This document shows positions 39,143 through 49,780 of a DNA stretch of 64,000 bases, one piece after another. The number at the start of each line of letters is the position of its first letter. Within the stretch, counting starts at the first letter, position 1. The stretch comes from Pseudomonadales bacterium (GTDB lineage: Bacteria; Pseudomonadota; Gammaproteobacteria; Pseudomonadales; Azotimanducaceae). Below the pieces are notes generated by a model, which saw only the letters and a program-made list of their open reading frames with translations, was not told the origin of the DNA and did not search any database. The position numbers were made by a program, and so were the translations under genes. The stretch covers positions 97,181 to 161,180 of the forward strand of contig CAXXFR010000019.1 of the NCBI GenBank assembly GCA_963667455.2. The letters are read 5' to 3'.

Positions 39143-39979
39143 TCAGTCGCTGACGTCGACTCGAGTGAATCGCGGATCACGTCGCTCGACAAACGACTGA
39201 ACGCCTTCCTTAAAGTCATCTCTGGCTAGACTCTCGTCCATCCAAACAGTCGACTCTTGCATCGCCGGCCCGAGCTGCTGATTGAGGTGTCGAAAAACCT
39301 GTTTCTTCATCGTCATTATCGAATTGGGTGCACAGTTCTTGTTCAATTCCTTGAGAAACTGAACGGCGTCGGCGACGCATTCTCCCGGCTCACTCAATCG
39401 GTTTGCAAAACCAATTCTGAACGCTTCTTCCCCATCAAACTTGCGCGACGTCCAGAACAAATCGAGAGCGTTCGCGGGTCCGATGAGACGAGGCAGCATC
39501 CAGCTAGTGCCGTGTTCCGCAATGAGCCCTCGCTGCGCAAACGATGTCGTGAGACGGGCATTCCGATCAACAAATCGCAGATCCATAAACGTTGCGTAGC
39601 TGAATCCTAGTCCTGCACAGGCTCCGTTGATTGCTGCGATCAACGGTTTGCGTAGCCCGAGAAAGTACGTTGGTCCCAGTTTGAAATTTGGGTCGTCGTC
39701 TGGATTTCCAGGGTTGGCGTTCAAGTGTTCGTATCCCTGTCCGAGACGACGGCCGGCTTCGGACATCTTGCCGAGGGCGTTCATGTCCACTCCCGAACAA
39801 AAGCCGCGTCCAGCGCCGGTCAATACTGTCCCGATCACGTCTGGGTCCCTTTCCGATTCATCGAGAGCGTGCCGAATCTCAGCCTGCGTGAGATCCGTCA
39901 GTGCGTTGAGCGTCTCCGGTCGATTCATCGTGAGAATGGCCACCGGGCCGTCGATTTCGTACAGGATTTCGTCGTACAT
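39143..39979 (-). CDS. Enoyl-CoA hydratase/isomerase family protein
   Basis: Motifs: ILTMNRPETLNA, LTGAGRGFCSGVD, AINGACAGLG. Confidence 0.85.
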   Translation of the reverse strand: MYDEILYEIDGPVAILTMNRPETLNALTDLTQAEIRHALDESERDPDVIGTVLTGAGRGFCSGVDMNALGKMSEAGRRLGQGYEHLNANPGNPDDDPNFKLGPTYFLGLRKPLIAAINGACAGLGFSYATFMDLRFVDRNARLTTSFAQRGLIAEHGTSWMLPRLIGPANALDLFWTSRKFDGEEAFRIGFANRLSEPGECVADAVQFLKELNKNCAPNSIMTMKKQVFRHLNQQLGPAMQESTVWMDESLARDDFKEGVQSFVERRDPRFTRVDVSD

Positions 39980-40057
39980 TCGCAGATCTCGGATCGAATT
40001 GGAGAGAAAAGCATAACCGCACAGTTACTATCTCGTTATTGAGGTCGTTGCTAGTAC

Positions 40058-40798
40058 ATGTTCAACGTTAGAGGGCTTCTCGTCGCGATGCTCTTCGTCG
40101 TCGCTGGAGGCTGCTGGTTGGTCTACGACTTTGAATTGGGACGAAACTCGGCTCAGTTCCACTTTGACACGAAATGGCAAGACGAGCCAGCTACGCTCGT
40201 CCGCTTCAATCGCATTTATGAGCATGTCGAGTCGCACTCGACTGAAGCCAAACTACAAGACTCATTCGTCGAACTCGCTGAGATGTTCCGCGGAGTGCCG
40301 GTCAGCATCAATGTCTCAGATTCAGTCGGCCAATCCTTGCCTACTGACAGTAAATGGAACAGTATCCAGCTGGCTCATTTCACGCTGGGAAGCGATATCG
40401 CAAAACTCGATGTGAGTGCCCAACTTCGATCCCATGCGTGGCAGTTGTCTTCGGTCATCGGTGCTTCGGTGTCTGTTGTCTGTAGCGGAGACCTGATTGT
40501 CAATCCACAACAGAAGAACATGCTTGTGTTCTTGGAACTCTCCGATCTCACAAGACTTCCTCACATCTCCGAGGTTCTAAGCAACTTAGGAGGAAGAGAA
40601 GGCAAGCTGTTGGACTTGAGGCATGCTGTGACCATTCGTGGGAAGAGACACTTCAATCCAAACTTGGTAGCCAACATTGGCTTTGAGACTGAAGACAGCA
40701 TCGTGCAATGGGCGAAGTCGGTAGCTACGCTGTCTCGGCTTGCATTGCTGGATCAAGACCTGAACAAGATCGAGTTCTTCCCACTACGATTGAACTGA
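40058..40798 (+). CDS. Hypothetical protein with an N-terminal membrane anchor
   Basis: It has the TM segment LLVAMLFVVAGGCWLVY. No motif was recognised. Confidence 0.45.
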   Translation: MFNVRGLLVAMLFVVAGGCWLVYDFELGRNSAQFHFDTKWQDEPATLVRFNRIYEHVESHSTEAKLQDSFVELAEMFRGVPVSINVSDSVGQSLPTDSKWNSIQLAHFTLGSDIAKLDVSAQLRSHAWQLSSVIGASVSVVCSGDLIVNPQQKNMLVFLELSDLTRLPHISEVLSNLGGREGKLLDLRHAVTIRGKRHFNPNLVANIGFETEDSIVQWAKSVATLSRLALLDQDLNKIEFFPLRLN

Positions 40799-41049
40799 TA
40801 AGAAGACAGGGTTTCTCGTATATTCCGGTAACAGCCGCGCTCGACTTTCAAGTCCCATTGAAACGAACCGAAACAGTTAAAATCCATTTTGGAGGGCTGA
40901 ATAAGCCCGTATAGCTCTCGGAGTGAATCCACCTCCCGATTAGGTGGTTGGGATGTCAAAATGACCTTCAAGACTGCGGGATCCGGTGGAGTTCTCCGAG
41001 TGCTTGAAATATCGAAGGAGGCTGCTCGCAACGAGGCAGAAAACCAGAC

Positions 41050-42195
41050 ATGCCGATGATTCTCAATGAAGATCAAACCATTCTTCGCGATACAGCATTG
41101 GAGTTTTGTACGGAAAAAACGCCGATTTCTCAGTTGAGAAAACTGCGCGACGAGAACAGTGAAGACGGCTTTGATCGAGACACTTGGAAAGCCATGGTTG
41201 ACCTCGGTTGGGCAGGAATTCCGTTCCCAGAAGAGCACGGGGGAATGGCATTCGGCTACAAGGGTTTGGGTGTTGTCACCGAGCAGATGGGAAGAACGCT
41301 TGCCGCTAGTCCTCTCTACGCGACAGTCTGGGTATGCGGAACAGCAGTCAACATCGGGGGAACCACTGATCAGAAGAACGAATTGATCGGTCAAATCTCC
41401 GCCGGAGACCTGCTCATGGCTCTGGCATTGGAAGAATCACACAAACACAACCCCTACGGTGTAGCCACGACCGCAACTCAGAATGGCAGTGGCTTCAAGA
41501 TATCGGGAAAGAAGACGTTCGTATTAGACGGCCATGTTGCGGACAAATTGATCGTTGTCGCGCGGACTAGTGGAAGTGCGGGAGATCGAGATGGCTTGAC
41601 ACTCTTCGTAGTTGACCGCCAAGCAGACGGAGTTTCAGTCACACGAACCAACATGGTTGACAGTCGTAATGCGGCGAACATTGAGTTTTCAGATGCATCG
41701 GTTGGTTCGGACGCAGTCTTGGGCCAAGTTGACGGCGGTGCGGACGTCTTGGATCGAACCCTTGACATTGCGAGAATTGGACTCTCGTCGGAAATGTTGG
41801 GGTCGGCTCAGGAATGCTTTGATCGAACAGTTCAATACTTGAAGGACCGCGTCCAATTCGGTGTTCCCATCGGTTCGTTTCAAGCCCTCAAGCACCGAGC
41901 TGCGAACATGTTTTGCGACGTCGAGCTCTCGAAATCCGTTGTGCTGGAGTCGTTAACCGCTTTGGACGAGGATCGAGATGCCGACGAAGTTGCCGTATTG
42001 GCAAGTCTCGCCAAAGCCAAAGTGGGCGAAATGTTCCACACGGTTTCGCGGGAAGGAATTCAGATGCACGGAGGAATCGGAATGACCGACGAATTCGACA
42101 TCGGATTCTTCATCAAGAGAGCCGCAGTCACTGAACAAACGTTTGGCGACATGTATTTCCATCGTAATCGTTATGGCGAGCTGCAGGGCTATTGA
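41050..42195 (+). CDS. Acyl-CoA dehydrogenase family protein
   Basis: Motifs: GWAGIPFPEEHGG, FKISGKKTFVLDG, RVQFGVPIGSFQALKH, IQMHGGIGMTDE. Confidence 0.85.
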   Translation: MPMILNEDQTILRDTALEFCTEKTPISQLRKLRDENSEDGFDRDTWKAMVDLGWAGIPFPEEHGGMAFGYKGLGVVTEQMGRTLAASPLYATVWVCGTAVNIGGTTDQKNELIGQISAGDLLMALALEESHKHNPYGVATTATQNGSGFKISGKKTFVLDGHVADKLIVVARTSGSAGDRDGLTLFVVDRQADGVSVTRTNMVDSRNAANIEFSDASVGSDAVLGQVDGGADVLDRTLDIARIGLSSEMLGSAQECFDRTVQYLKDRVQFGVPIGSFQALKHRAANMFCDVELSKSVVLESLTALDEDRDADEVAVLASLAKAKVGEMFHTVSREGIQMHGGIGMTDEFDIGFFIKRAAVTEQTFGDMYFHRNRYGELQGY

Positions 42196-42255
42196 TTCCC
42201 CAACTCAAGATCCACCTGGAGTGATGCCTTCAACTGAAATTGGTACCAATTTGCC

Positions 42256-43608
42256 ATGAGTGATTCAGCAACCGAAGTGTGGAGTGAGAGCGCTACCATC
42301 CAAGAGCGCTTTGCTCTCAAGAACGAGGATGTTCTAAGCCAGTACACAATCGATCCGTATCGCCGAGACGTTGACGACATTCCCATCGACGAGCTGGATC
42401 CCACCCATCCGAGTCTGTTTGAAGCCGACACGATGTGGCCTTACTTCGAACGTCTAAGAAATGAAGATCCCGTTCACAAGGTTCGGGACACGATGTTCGG
42501 TACGTATTGGTGCGTAACCAAGTACCAAGATATCGTCGAGATGGAGAGGAATGTCGATGTCTTTTCTTCCGAACAACGGTATGGGGGCATTCAGATAGGA
42601 GGCCAGCCATACGACACCGACGCGCCGGACGCACAGTTCAACCTTCCGATGTTCATCATGATGGATCCGCCGAAACACACTGAACAGAGAAGCGTTGTTC
42701 AGCCCATGTTTCTGCAGCGACCACTGCAAAGCTTGAAACCGATGATTGGCGACCGCGTCTGTGCAATCCTCGATTCGTTGCCAATCGATGAGGAATTCGA
42801 TTGGGTCTCGAACGTGTCCATTGAATTGACCGCACAAATGCTGGCTACGTTGCTGGATGTTCCTCAAGAAGACCGAATGAAACTCATTCATTGGTCCGAT
42901 ACGGTTCAGAATGCGTCGAACCCAGTGGTTTTCGATTCGATTGAGGAAGCGTTTCGAGAGTTGTGGACTTGCCACGCCTATTTCTCGGAAATCTGGGAAG
43001 AAAGGAAGCGGGAGAAGAAACCTGAGAACAACCTGATTTCGATGCTGGCCCACGGTGAAGCTACCAGGGACATGAAGCCGAACGAGTTACTGGGCAATCT
43101 TCTGTTGCTGATAGTCGCAGGCAACGACACAACTCGCAATTCGATCAGCGGAGGGGTTCAATTCTTCGATCGCTATCCGTCTGAACGGGAGAAACTTGCA
43201 GAGAATCCCGACTTGGTCGCCAACGCAATCTCGGAGATCATCCGATTTCAGTCTCCTGTGGCACACATGGCCAGAACCGCTCTTTCGGATTACGAGCTCA
43301 ACGGAAAGTCAATCAAGGCGGGAGACCGGCTGGCTATGTGGTACATCTCGGGCAATCGGGACGACGAAGCCATTCCGGATGCCAATTCTTTTCAGATTGA
43401 TCGCGATTCAGCCAGAAACCATCTGGGGTTCGGATTCGGAATACATCGATGTCTTGGATACAGATTGGCTGAGATGCAGTTGCAAATTCTGTGGGAGGAA
43501 ATCGGTAAGAGATTCGAACGCATCGAGGTAGTTGGCGAGCCCAAGTACGGGTTCACGAACTTTCTGCACGCCGTTCGAGAATTGCCGGTCAGACTGCACG
43601 TCCACTAG
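42256..43608 (+). CDS. Cytochrome P450, CYP153-like
   Basis: The heme loop is FGFGIHRCLGYRLAEMQLQILWEEI. Also present are AGNDTTRN (I-helix) and N-terminal YWCVTKYQDIVEMERNVDVFSSE..GGIQI, as I recall for CYP153 alkane hydroxylases. Confidence 0.8.
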   Translation: MSDSATEVWSESATIQERFALKNEDVLSQYTIDPYRRDVDDIPIDELDPTHPSLFEADTMWPYFERLRNEDPVHKVRDTMFGTYWCVTKYQDIVEMERNVDVFSSEQRYGGIQIGGQPYDTDAPDAQFNLPMFIMMDPPKHTEQRSVVQPMFLQRPLQSLKPMIGDRVCAILDSLPIDEEFDWVSNVSIELTAQMLATLLDVPQEDRMKLIHWSDTVQNASNPVVFDSIEEAFRELWTCHAYFSEIWEERKREKKPENNLISMLAHGEATRDMKPNELLGNLLLLIVAGNDTTRNSISGGVQFFDRYPSEREKLAENPDLVANAISEIIRFQSPVAHMARTALSDYELNGKSIKAGDRLAMWYISGNRDDEAIPDANSFQIDRDSARNHLGFGFGIHRCLGYRLAEMQLQILWEEIGKRFERIEVVGEPKYGFTNFLHAVRELPVRLHVH

Positions 43609-43644
43609 ACAACGTAAGCCCCCGGAATATGGGCTCGAGGGTTC

Positions 43645-44232
43645 TTACTTCAGCAAACGCGTTGCAAACGGCTTGGTGTAGTGCGTCAGAGTTGCACGCT
43701 CCCTAAAATTCGCTCTAGCCTCCTCGGGAGGCTGACGCGAGATCTGCCACGAATTGAGCCCGTCGTACCACGTAACGAGAAGCATCAAGCCCTGTTCCGT
43801 CGATCGATTTGACTCGCAGAAGAGTGCTTGCGGAACGGCTTGGTACTGGTCCGATTTCTCAAAGTACTTCCACGCATCGGCTGACAGCTGTGCGATTCGA
43901 TCTACGTTCTTGTTCTCGACTCCGAAGAACCGAAACACATACAACCCGTCACGTTTAACTGGACTGTCATTGGTTGGACGAGCTGTCGGCTCGAGCTCGA
44001 TGGTCCTTACAGCCGAAACATCGTCAAGGTTGCTCAATGTGGAATGAACATTGGAGTTCTCGCCCGTACAGACGAGGAAGAACTCATCGGACCCCAGACC
44101 AAAAAGACCAAAGAACGCGCCCCATCGCTTGGCCGAACCCAAGAGCGCATCGTCATCTTTGGAAATCTGCTGATAGACGGGCTGAAACGTCCCGGTTGTC
44201 TTGATGTGGTGAAAAGTGAAGGGCATGGACAA
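43645..44232 (-). CDS. Hypothetical protein (195 aa)
   Basis: It is a clean ORF convergent with the P450 gene. No motif was recognised. Confidence 0.5.
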   Translation of the reverse strand: MSMPFTFHHIKTTGTFQPVYQQISKDDDALLGSAKRWGAFFGLFGLGSDEFFLVCTGENSNVHSTLSNLDDVSAVRTIELEPTARPTNDSPVKRDGLYVFRFFGVENKNVDRIAQLSADAWKYFEKSDQYQAVPQALFCESNRSTEQGLMLLVTWYDGLNSWQISRQPPEEARANFRERATLTHYTKPFATRLLK

Positions 44233-44327
44233 GCATTCTCGAACCAGTTATGGCAAGTGTAACTGTCCGACCGACACGACAACGTCTCTAAAATCTCGCA
44301 GACGGCAATGAATGGTTCGGACAGCAG

Positions 44328-45194
44328 TTGCACCCGTCCAAGAAATTTGTCGAAGTCAATGGACTTCGGATGGCTTACGTCGAAATGGGATCTGGCGATC
44401 CCATCGTGTTGCAACACGGAAACCCTACTTCCAGCTATCTTTGGCGCAACATCATGCCAGCGCTGGCGAAGTTCGGTAGATGCATCGCAGTAGATCTCGT
44501 CGGGATGGGAGACTCGGACAAACTAGCGGAATCCGATGCTGGCCACTACTCGTTCACCGAGCACTTCGGCTATTTTGAGCGTGCGCTGGAGCAGCTTCAA
44601 GTTACCAATTCGATTGTGTTTGTCGTTCACGACTGGGGTTCAGCACTTGGATTTCACTGGTGCACAAGACACCCGGATGCCGTCAAGGGAATTTGCTACA
44701 TGGAAGCCATCGTTCGATCCTTGACTTGGGATGAGTGGCCGACCGAAGCTCGCCGAATATTTCAGGGATTTCGTTCTGAAGCAGGGGAGCAAATGGTTCT
44801 CGAACGCAACCTCTTCGTCGAGGCTGTGTTGGCTGGATCAGTGCTGAAGCCTTTGTCGGATTCGGACATGAACGAATATCGACGCCCGTTCATGGAAAGG
44901 GGAGAGAGCCGACGACCGACGCTGAGTTGGCCACGCCAGATTCCGATTTCAAGCGAACCCCAAGAGGTTTGTCGACTGGTGGACTCCTATGCTGATTGGT
45001 TGCGGCACAGCGAAGTTCCCAAGCTGTTTGTCAATGCTGAACCAGGAGCGATCTTGGTTGGTGCTCAACGAGACTTTTGCCGATCATGGCCGAATCAAGA
45101 GGAAGTCACAGTGAATGCTGGTCACTTCGTACCGGAAGATGCCCCGGAAGCCGTCGCTGATGCACTTGGACAGTGGCTTGAACGACTTGCCTGA
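44328..45194 (+). CDS. Haloalkane dehalogenase (alpha/beta hydrolase)
   Basis: Motifs: HGNPTSSYLWRNIMP and the nucleophile elbow VVHDWGSALGFHW. A TTG start is needed to retain the conserved N-terminal strand FVEVNGLRMAYVE. Confidence 0.85.
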   Translation: MHPSKKFVEVNGLRMAYVEMGSGDPIVLQHGNPTSSYLWRNIMPALAKFGRCIAVDLVGMGDSDKLAESDAGHYSFTEHFGYFERALEQLQVTNSIVFVVHDWGSALGFHWCTRHPDAVKGICYMEAIVRSLTWDEWPTEARRIFQGFRSEAGEQMVLERNLFVEAVLAGSVLKPLSDSDMNEYRRPFMERGESRRPTLSWPRQIPISSEPQEVCRLVDSYADWLRHSEVPKLFVNAEPGAILVGAQRDFCRSWPNQEEVTVNAGHFVPEDAPEAVADALGQWLERLA

Positions 45195-45294
45195 GAGCCT
45201 TGCGGAAAACATATCGCTCAATCCAGGCTAGTTGCCGTGTCAAGAGCGAAGACTCACGAATCTCACTGAAGAATGTGGAATAGAAGGAAAAACC

Positions 45295-46374
45295 ATGCTT
45301 GAACGATTCAAAGTTCCCGAAGAGGTCGCAGTACGCGTTGACGAGCAGGTCATGCGCCAAGCTGTTGAAGGTATTTTCAAGGCATTTGAAATGCCGAATG
45401 CCGATGCTGAAGCCTCGGCCGATGTCCTGTTGTATTCGGATATTCGAGGCATCGACTCGCATGGTGTATCCAACATGATGCGAGCCTATGTTGCGGGCTT
45501 TCGCGCACAACAAATCAATCCTAAACCAGAGATGAAGCGCACCGTCGATCATGTTGCCGCCATATCGTATGACTGCGATCGAGGGCTTGGACTAGCTCAA
45601 AGTCGAGAATTGATGCAAACCGCTTGCGACCGCGCTCGCGAGACCGGAGTCGCAGTAGTTACGGCCTACAACGGCCGCCATTACGGACCGTCAGCGTACT
45701 ACGCGCATGTTGGTGTGAACAACGACATGGTCGGGATATCCATGACTGCTGGCGGTCTATTGGTAGCTCCGACCCACGGTGCAGAACGACTGCTAGGTCT
45801 AAATCCTCTTGGAATCGGAGTTCCATCCAATAAGGAACCTCCTTTCATTTTCGATGCCTCCATGAGCAGCGTCGCTGGGAACAAGATCGAACTTCTTCGT
45901 CGAGTCGGCGGCAATGTGTTGCCTGCTTGGATTACAGATGGTGAAGGAAATCCCATCATGGCCGAGTCTCAGGTTCCACAGGAATTCATGATGCTTCCTC
46001 TGGGTGGAACGCGAGAGATTGGTTCACACAAGGGATTTGGGTTGTCAATGATGATCGAGGTACTGTGTGGGGTACTCCTCGGCACTGGTGGTGGTCCCTT
46101 CCGTCGAAAGGGAGTTGGGCACTACTTCATGGCCTACGACGTTAGCAAGTTCACCGATCTGGATGTGTTCAAGAACGACATGGACGACTACCTGCGAGCG
46201 TTGCTCAATTGCAAGCCCGCTCCCGGAGAAGAACGAGTCGTCTATCCCGGAATTCCCGAGCACGAAGCGGAACTAGATCGCCGCGAGAACGGCATTCCCT
46301 ACCACCCTGAAGTCATACAGTGGTTTCGCAAGACGACTGGCGAGTTGGGCGTGGAACACCAGTTGCCGGAGTAG
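45295..46374 (+). CDS. Ldh_2 (malate/L-lactate dehydrogenase type 2) family oxidoreductase
   Basis: Motifs: SDIRGIDSHGV and HKGFGLSMMIEVLCGVLLG. Confidence 0.8.
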   Translation: MLERFKVPEEVAVRVDEQVMRQAVEGIFKAFEMPNADAEASADVLLYSDIRGIDSHGVSNMMRAYVAGFRAQQINPKPEMKRTVDHVAAISYDCDRGLGLAQSRELMQTACDRARETGVAVVTAYNGRHYGPSAYYAHVGVNNDMVGISMTAGGLLVAPTHGAERLLGLNPLGIGVPSNKEPPFIFDASMSSVAGNKIELLRRVGGNVLPAWITDGEGNPIMAESQVPQEFMMLPLGGTREIGSHKGFGLSMMIEVLCGVLLGTGGGPFRRKGVGHYFMAYDVSKFTDLDVFKNDMDDYLRALLNCKPAPGEERVVYPGIPEHEAELDRRENGIPYHPEVIQWFRKTTGELGVEHQLPE

Positions 46375-46496
46375 TTTCGTGCATTGCCAGGCTTTTTGAG
46401 CGACTCGACGCTCACTGGATCAATTCCGTTGCATGTAATGTCTTGACCAATGGCGGAATTTGCATAATCCACAGTTCAATTATTTGAGGTGAACCC

Positions 46497-46976
46497 ATGT
46501 CTGTTCAAGAAGGAGATCGCATTCCCGAGGCCGAGCTGCACGTTATGAGTGGCGGAAGACCGAACGGTGTAAACACTACGGACTTGACCGCCGGCAAGAA
46601 AGTCGTCATTTTCGCCGTTCCAGGTGCATTCACACCGACTTGCTCTGAGCAGCACTTGCCAGGTTTTGTTCGTCTGGCAGACGAGATCAAGGCCAAGGGT
46701 GTGGACGACATCGTCTGTGTTTCAGTTAACGATGCATTCGTAATGGATGCTTGGGGAAGGGATCGCGACGCGAGTGCAATTACGATGGCTGGCGATGGAA
46801 ACGGTACTTTCGCAGAAGCTTGTGGTCTTGTCATGGACGGGAGTGGCTTCGGTTTAGGCACACGTTCGCAGAGATATGCGATGGTCGTCGAAGACGGCGT
46901 GATCACGAAGCTTGCCGTCGAAGCTCCAGGTGCGTTTGAAGTGAGCAAGGCAGAATCCATACTGGATTCCCTGTAA
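46497..46976 (+). CDS. Peroxiredoxin, Prx5-like
   Basis: Motif: FAVPGAFTPTCS with the peroxidatic Cys. The size is 159 aa. Confidence 0.85.
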   Translation: MSVQEGDRIPEAELHVMSGGRPNGVNTTDLTAGKKVVIFAVPGAFTPTCSEQHLPGFVRLADEIKAKGVDDIVCVSVNDAFVMDAWGRDRDASAITMAGDGNGTFAEACGLVMDGSGFGLGTRSQRYAMVVEDGVITKLAVEAPGAFEVSKAESILDSL

Positions 46977-47050
46977 CGCAATTCAGCATCCGAGCCACTA
47001 CAGTCCGTTCACTGCAATGGCTTGACCCTTAGTTAAGGCCCTAGGTACCG

Positions 47051-47668
47051 ATGGATCTGAAGATCTACGGCTTTCCGCAAAGCCGTACTTTCCGCGTTCT
47101 GTGGATGGCGGAAGAAATCCGCCTGGCGAAAGGAATCGACTACCAACACGACGGCCGGATTTTCTCGTCTGGACCGGAACGCGACAAGTTACTGTCGCTC
47201 AACCCCATGGGACAGGTGCCGGTAATTGAAGACGATGGCTTCGTTCTGCGGGAATCGATGGCAATCAATCTCTACTTGTCCAAAAAGCACGATTGTCTGG
47301 CGGTTTCAACCCCTGAACAGGAAGCTTTGGCGTGGCAGTGGTCCTTTTGGGTAATGACCTCAGTGGATTCAGTCGTGTTGGACTATCTGCGTTTCAAATT
47401 GGGAATTCTCGGTGCGCAAAAGGACGAGCAGCGCACCAGAGAGCTCGAAGTGCAACTTGCGAAACCAGTTCAAGTGTTGAACTCTGAGCTCGAAATGAAG
47501 AGCTACCTCCTTGGGGATGAGTTCTGCGTTGCGGATCTAAACGTGGCGAGCGTATTCGTCTGGGCACAGCTGGGCCAGCTTCCGATGGATCATGCGACGC
47601 ATTTGCAGGATTGGCTTTCGCGTTGTCTCGGACGAGAGCCTGCTCGATTGGCGCAGTCGAAGACCTAG
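47051..47668 (+). CDS. Glutathione S-transferase family protein
   Basis: The N-terminal thioredoxin-like part has NPMGQVPVIEDDGFVLRESMAINLYL. The C-terminal part is helical. Confidence 0.8.
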   Translation: MDLKIYGFPQSRTFRVLWMAEEIRLAKGIDYQHDGRIFSSGPERDKLLSLNPMGQVPVIEDDGFVLRESMAINLYLSKKHDCLAVSTPEQEALAWQWSFWVMTSVDSVVLDYLRFKLGILGAQKDEQRTRELEVQLAKPVQVLNSELEMKSYLLGDEFCVADLNVASVFVWAQLGQLPMDHATHLQDWLSRCLGREPARLAQSKT

Positions 47669-47689
47669 CACTCGATCTTTCGAGTGCTA
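47666..47689. terminator. Perfect 10-bp hairpin between convergent genes (putative bidirectional terminator)
   Basis: tagcactcga (47666-47675), loop tctt, tcgagtgcta (47680-47689). Only a weak T-run (ttttggttt) follows about 15 nt later. Confidence 0.45.
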
Positions 47690-47713
47690 GTGGTCAGCTT
47701 CGACGATTTTGGT

Positions 47714-48448
47714 TTAGAGTCGGCCTGAGGCAGTTGCTGTGTCTGCAGACTTGATAGCGGTCTTTAGCGAAGTCATGGATCGAACCCACGGCTTCGAACT
47801 ACCAACCTCTCTGGACACACTATTGGCTGCCCTTTCCGCAAGTGATCGAGTCTCGTAGATTCCGAGCAATACCACGTACATGACTTTCGACCCAGCGGCG
47901 ATTCTCGCGCCTCGGGGTTCGACCAACCAGTCGTCGTTGTCTTCGGCGTACTTGTTAGCTTTGTCGATATCTTGAAACGCCACTAGCTGAACGGCGAAGA
48001 ACCGGTCGGGTAAGTCGACAATGCGAGTGGGCGTATCTGGCTGATAGGACAGGCGAAGATATTCGGGATCGGCGCTGGTGTCCCGCGCGGGCGGACTGCT
48101 GTATTGCTCGTTATTGGTACTCGCATACTGCTGAGGCGTCGCGGGGTCATAGCGGTGAACGCGGACTTGATTGGGTTGCAAGTTCTGAGACTGAACCTGA
48201 CTGGTGTCTCGCGGAGCCCCGGCTACTTGCGTTGCTCGATCAATAGCTGAAGTCGTTTCGTCTTCAGTTACTTTGCGGCACGACCAGTCGCCATTCTCGT
48301 GCGAACCAGTGCAAACCCATTGGCCTGCGGAATCGGGGGAAGTTCCCGCTTGCTGCGGTTGCCGAAAAGCGAAGCAACCAGAAAGACAAACAGCGAGAAC
48401 TGCGATGAGAATCCATCGGAACGTTTGCATGAAGAACCTCGTAAACAT
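47714..48448 (-). CDS. SPOR-domain lipoprotein
   Basis: Features: lipobox-like LSGCF, a low-complexity linker and a C-terminal SPOR-like FAVQLVAFQDIDKANKYAE...YVVLLGIYETRSLAE. Confidence 0.7.
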   Translation of the reverse strand: MFTRFFMQTFRWILIAVLAVCLSGCFAFRQPQQAGTSPDSAGQWVCTGSHENGDWSCRKVTEDETTSAIDRATQVAGAPRDTSQVQSQNLQPNQVRVHRYDPATPQQYASTNNEQYSSPPARDTSADPEYLRLSYQPDTPTRIVDLPDRFFAVQLVAFQDIDKANKYAEDNDDWLVEPRGARIAAGSKVMYVVLLGIYETRSLAERAANSVSREVGSSKPWVRSMTSLKTAIKSADTATASGRL

Positions 48449-48800
48449 CCGTGTTGAGATACGTTCAGTGTCGATGATACCATTTTTTGAGCCAAGTTCA
48501 GGCGTTTTTCTGAACTCTTGAGTATCTGGTCAACGGTGCTTCCTAACATGTGCTCGGTGTACTCGGCACGGAATGGTAGCTGAGTGCCGTAGCATCAGGC
48601 AACGATTTGTTAGCTGACGATCGGAATCCATCGAATTGGCGGAACCTCGCCTTCGACTGTTAGGTGTCGGAAATTACTTGCGGAAACAGCAAGACTTGAG
48701 CGAGAACGAATCGACCGAATTCGTTGGCGCGTGGATGGTTGTGCTAATGTATGCGCGATTTTGGGTGTGAGAGCACTTGTCTACTGGAGGGCTTCGCGCA

Positions 48801-49697
48801 ATGGCCATAACAGTTGAACCTACAGATGCCACGTTGGGGGCATACGTGTCGGGTATTGACCTCGCGAGACTGACCGATCGAGAAGTGGATCAGATCAAAG
48901 AGGCTTTTCTGCAATACGGCGTGCTCGTATTTCTTGGCCAGCATGTGACAGAGCAAACGCAGGTGTCGTTTTGCGAACAGTTCGGACGGATTGAGCATCT
49001 TCGTCAAAAGACGGCTTACAAAGCATCAAATATCTCAAACGTTCAGCGGAATGGAACGCCTCTGAGCCGCGAAACGTTTGCGACGAGCCTGCTTAAAGGC
49101 AATGAAGGGTGGCACACCGACAGTTCCTACATGCCTTTGTCTGCCAAGGCTTCTTGTCTATCTGCTCTCGAGGTCCCACCGTCCGGCGGAGGGACGGCTT
49201 GGGCCGACATGCGAACGGCGTACGACGCACTCGGATCCGAGATGAAGGAACGCATTGCGGATTTGTCTGCACTTCATTCTCTGTACTACTCGCAATCTGT
49301 GATCGGGCATCACGCCAAAGTGGGATCGGGCTATGGATTTCATACCAAGGGTGCACCTCTCCGCCCGCTGGTCAAGATCCACCCAGAAACTCAACGCAAA
49401 GCTCTGTACATCGGGCGCCATGCGTATCGCATACCTGGAATGGAAGACTCCGATGCCAAGAAACTCTTGGGCGAACTGCTGGAGTTTGCGTGCCAACCAC
49501 CTCGAGTGTACGAACATCGTTGGCAACCTGGAGATATGGCTATTTGGGACAATCGATGCGTACTTCATCGCGCGAGGCCGTACGATGTATCGGAACCCCG
49601 CTCGCTTCGACATGTCAGAATTGCGGGCGAAGTTGAATCTGAATCGGCACCTACCTTTTCGGATGACCTTGTGGTGTCCCAGGAAACTGCGGCGTGA
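48801..49697 (+). CDS. TauD/TfdA-family Fe(II)/2-oxoglutarate dioxygenase
   Basis: Motifs: WHTDSSY, GGGTAWADM, IWDNRCVLHRA. Confidence 0.85.
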   Translation: MAITVEPTDATLGAYVSGIDLARLTDREVDQIKEAFLQYGVLVFLGQHVTEQTQVSFCEQFGRIEHLRQKTAYKASNISNVQRNGTPLSRETFATSLLKGNEGWHTDSSYMPLSAKASCLSALEVPPSGGGTAWADMRTAYDALGSEMKERIADLSALHSLYYSQSVIGHHAKVGSGYGFHTKGAPLRPLVKIHPETQRKALYIGRHAYRIPGMEDSDAKKLLGELLEFACQPPRVYEHRWQPGDMAIWDNRCVLHRARPYDVSEPRSLRHVRIAGEVESESAPTFSDDLVVSQETAA

Positions 49698-49780
49698 CAA
49701 GATAGATTCGATTCAATCAGCTTGAGTCAGTTGGATACGGAAGCGAACCCACTCACCCAGAACGGAAACCTCGATTCGAA

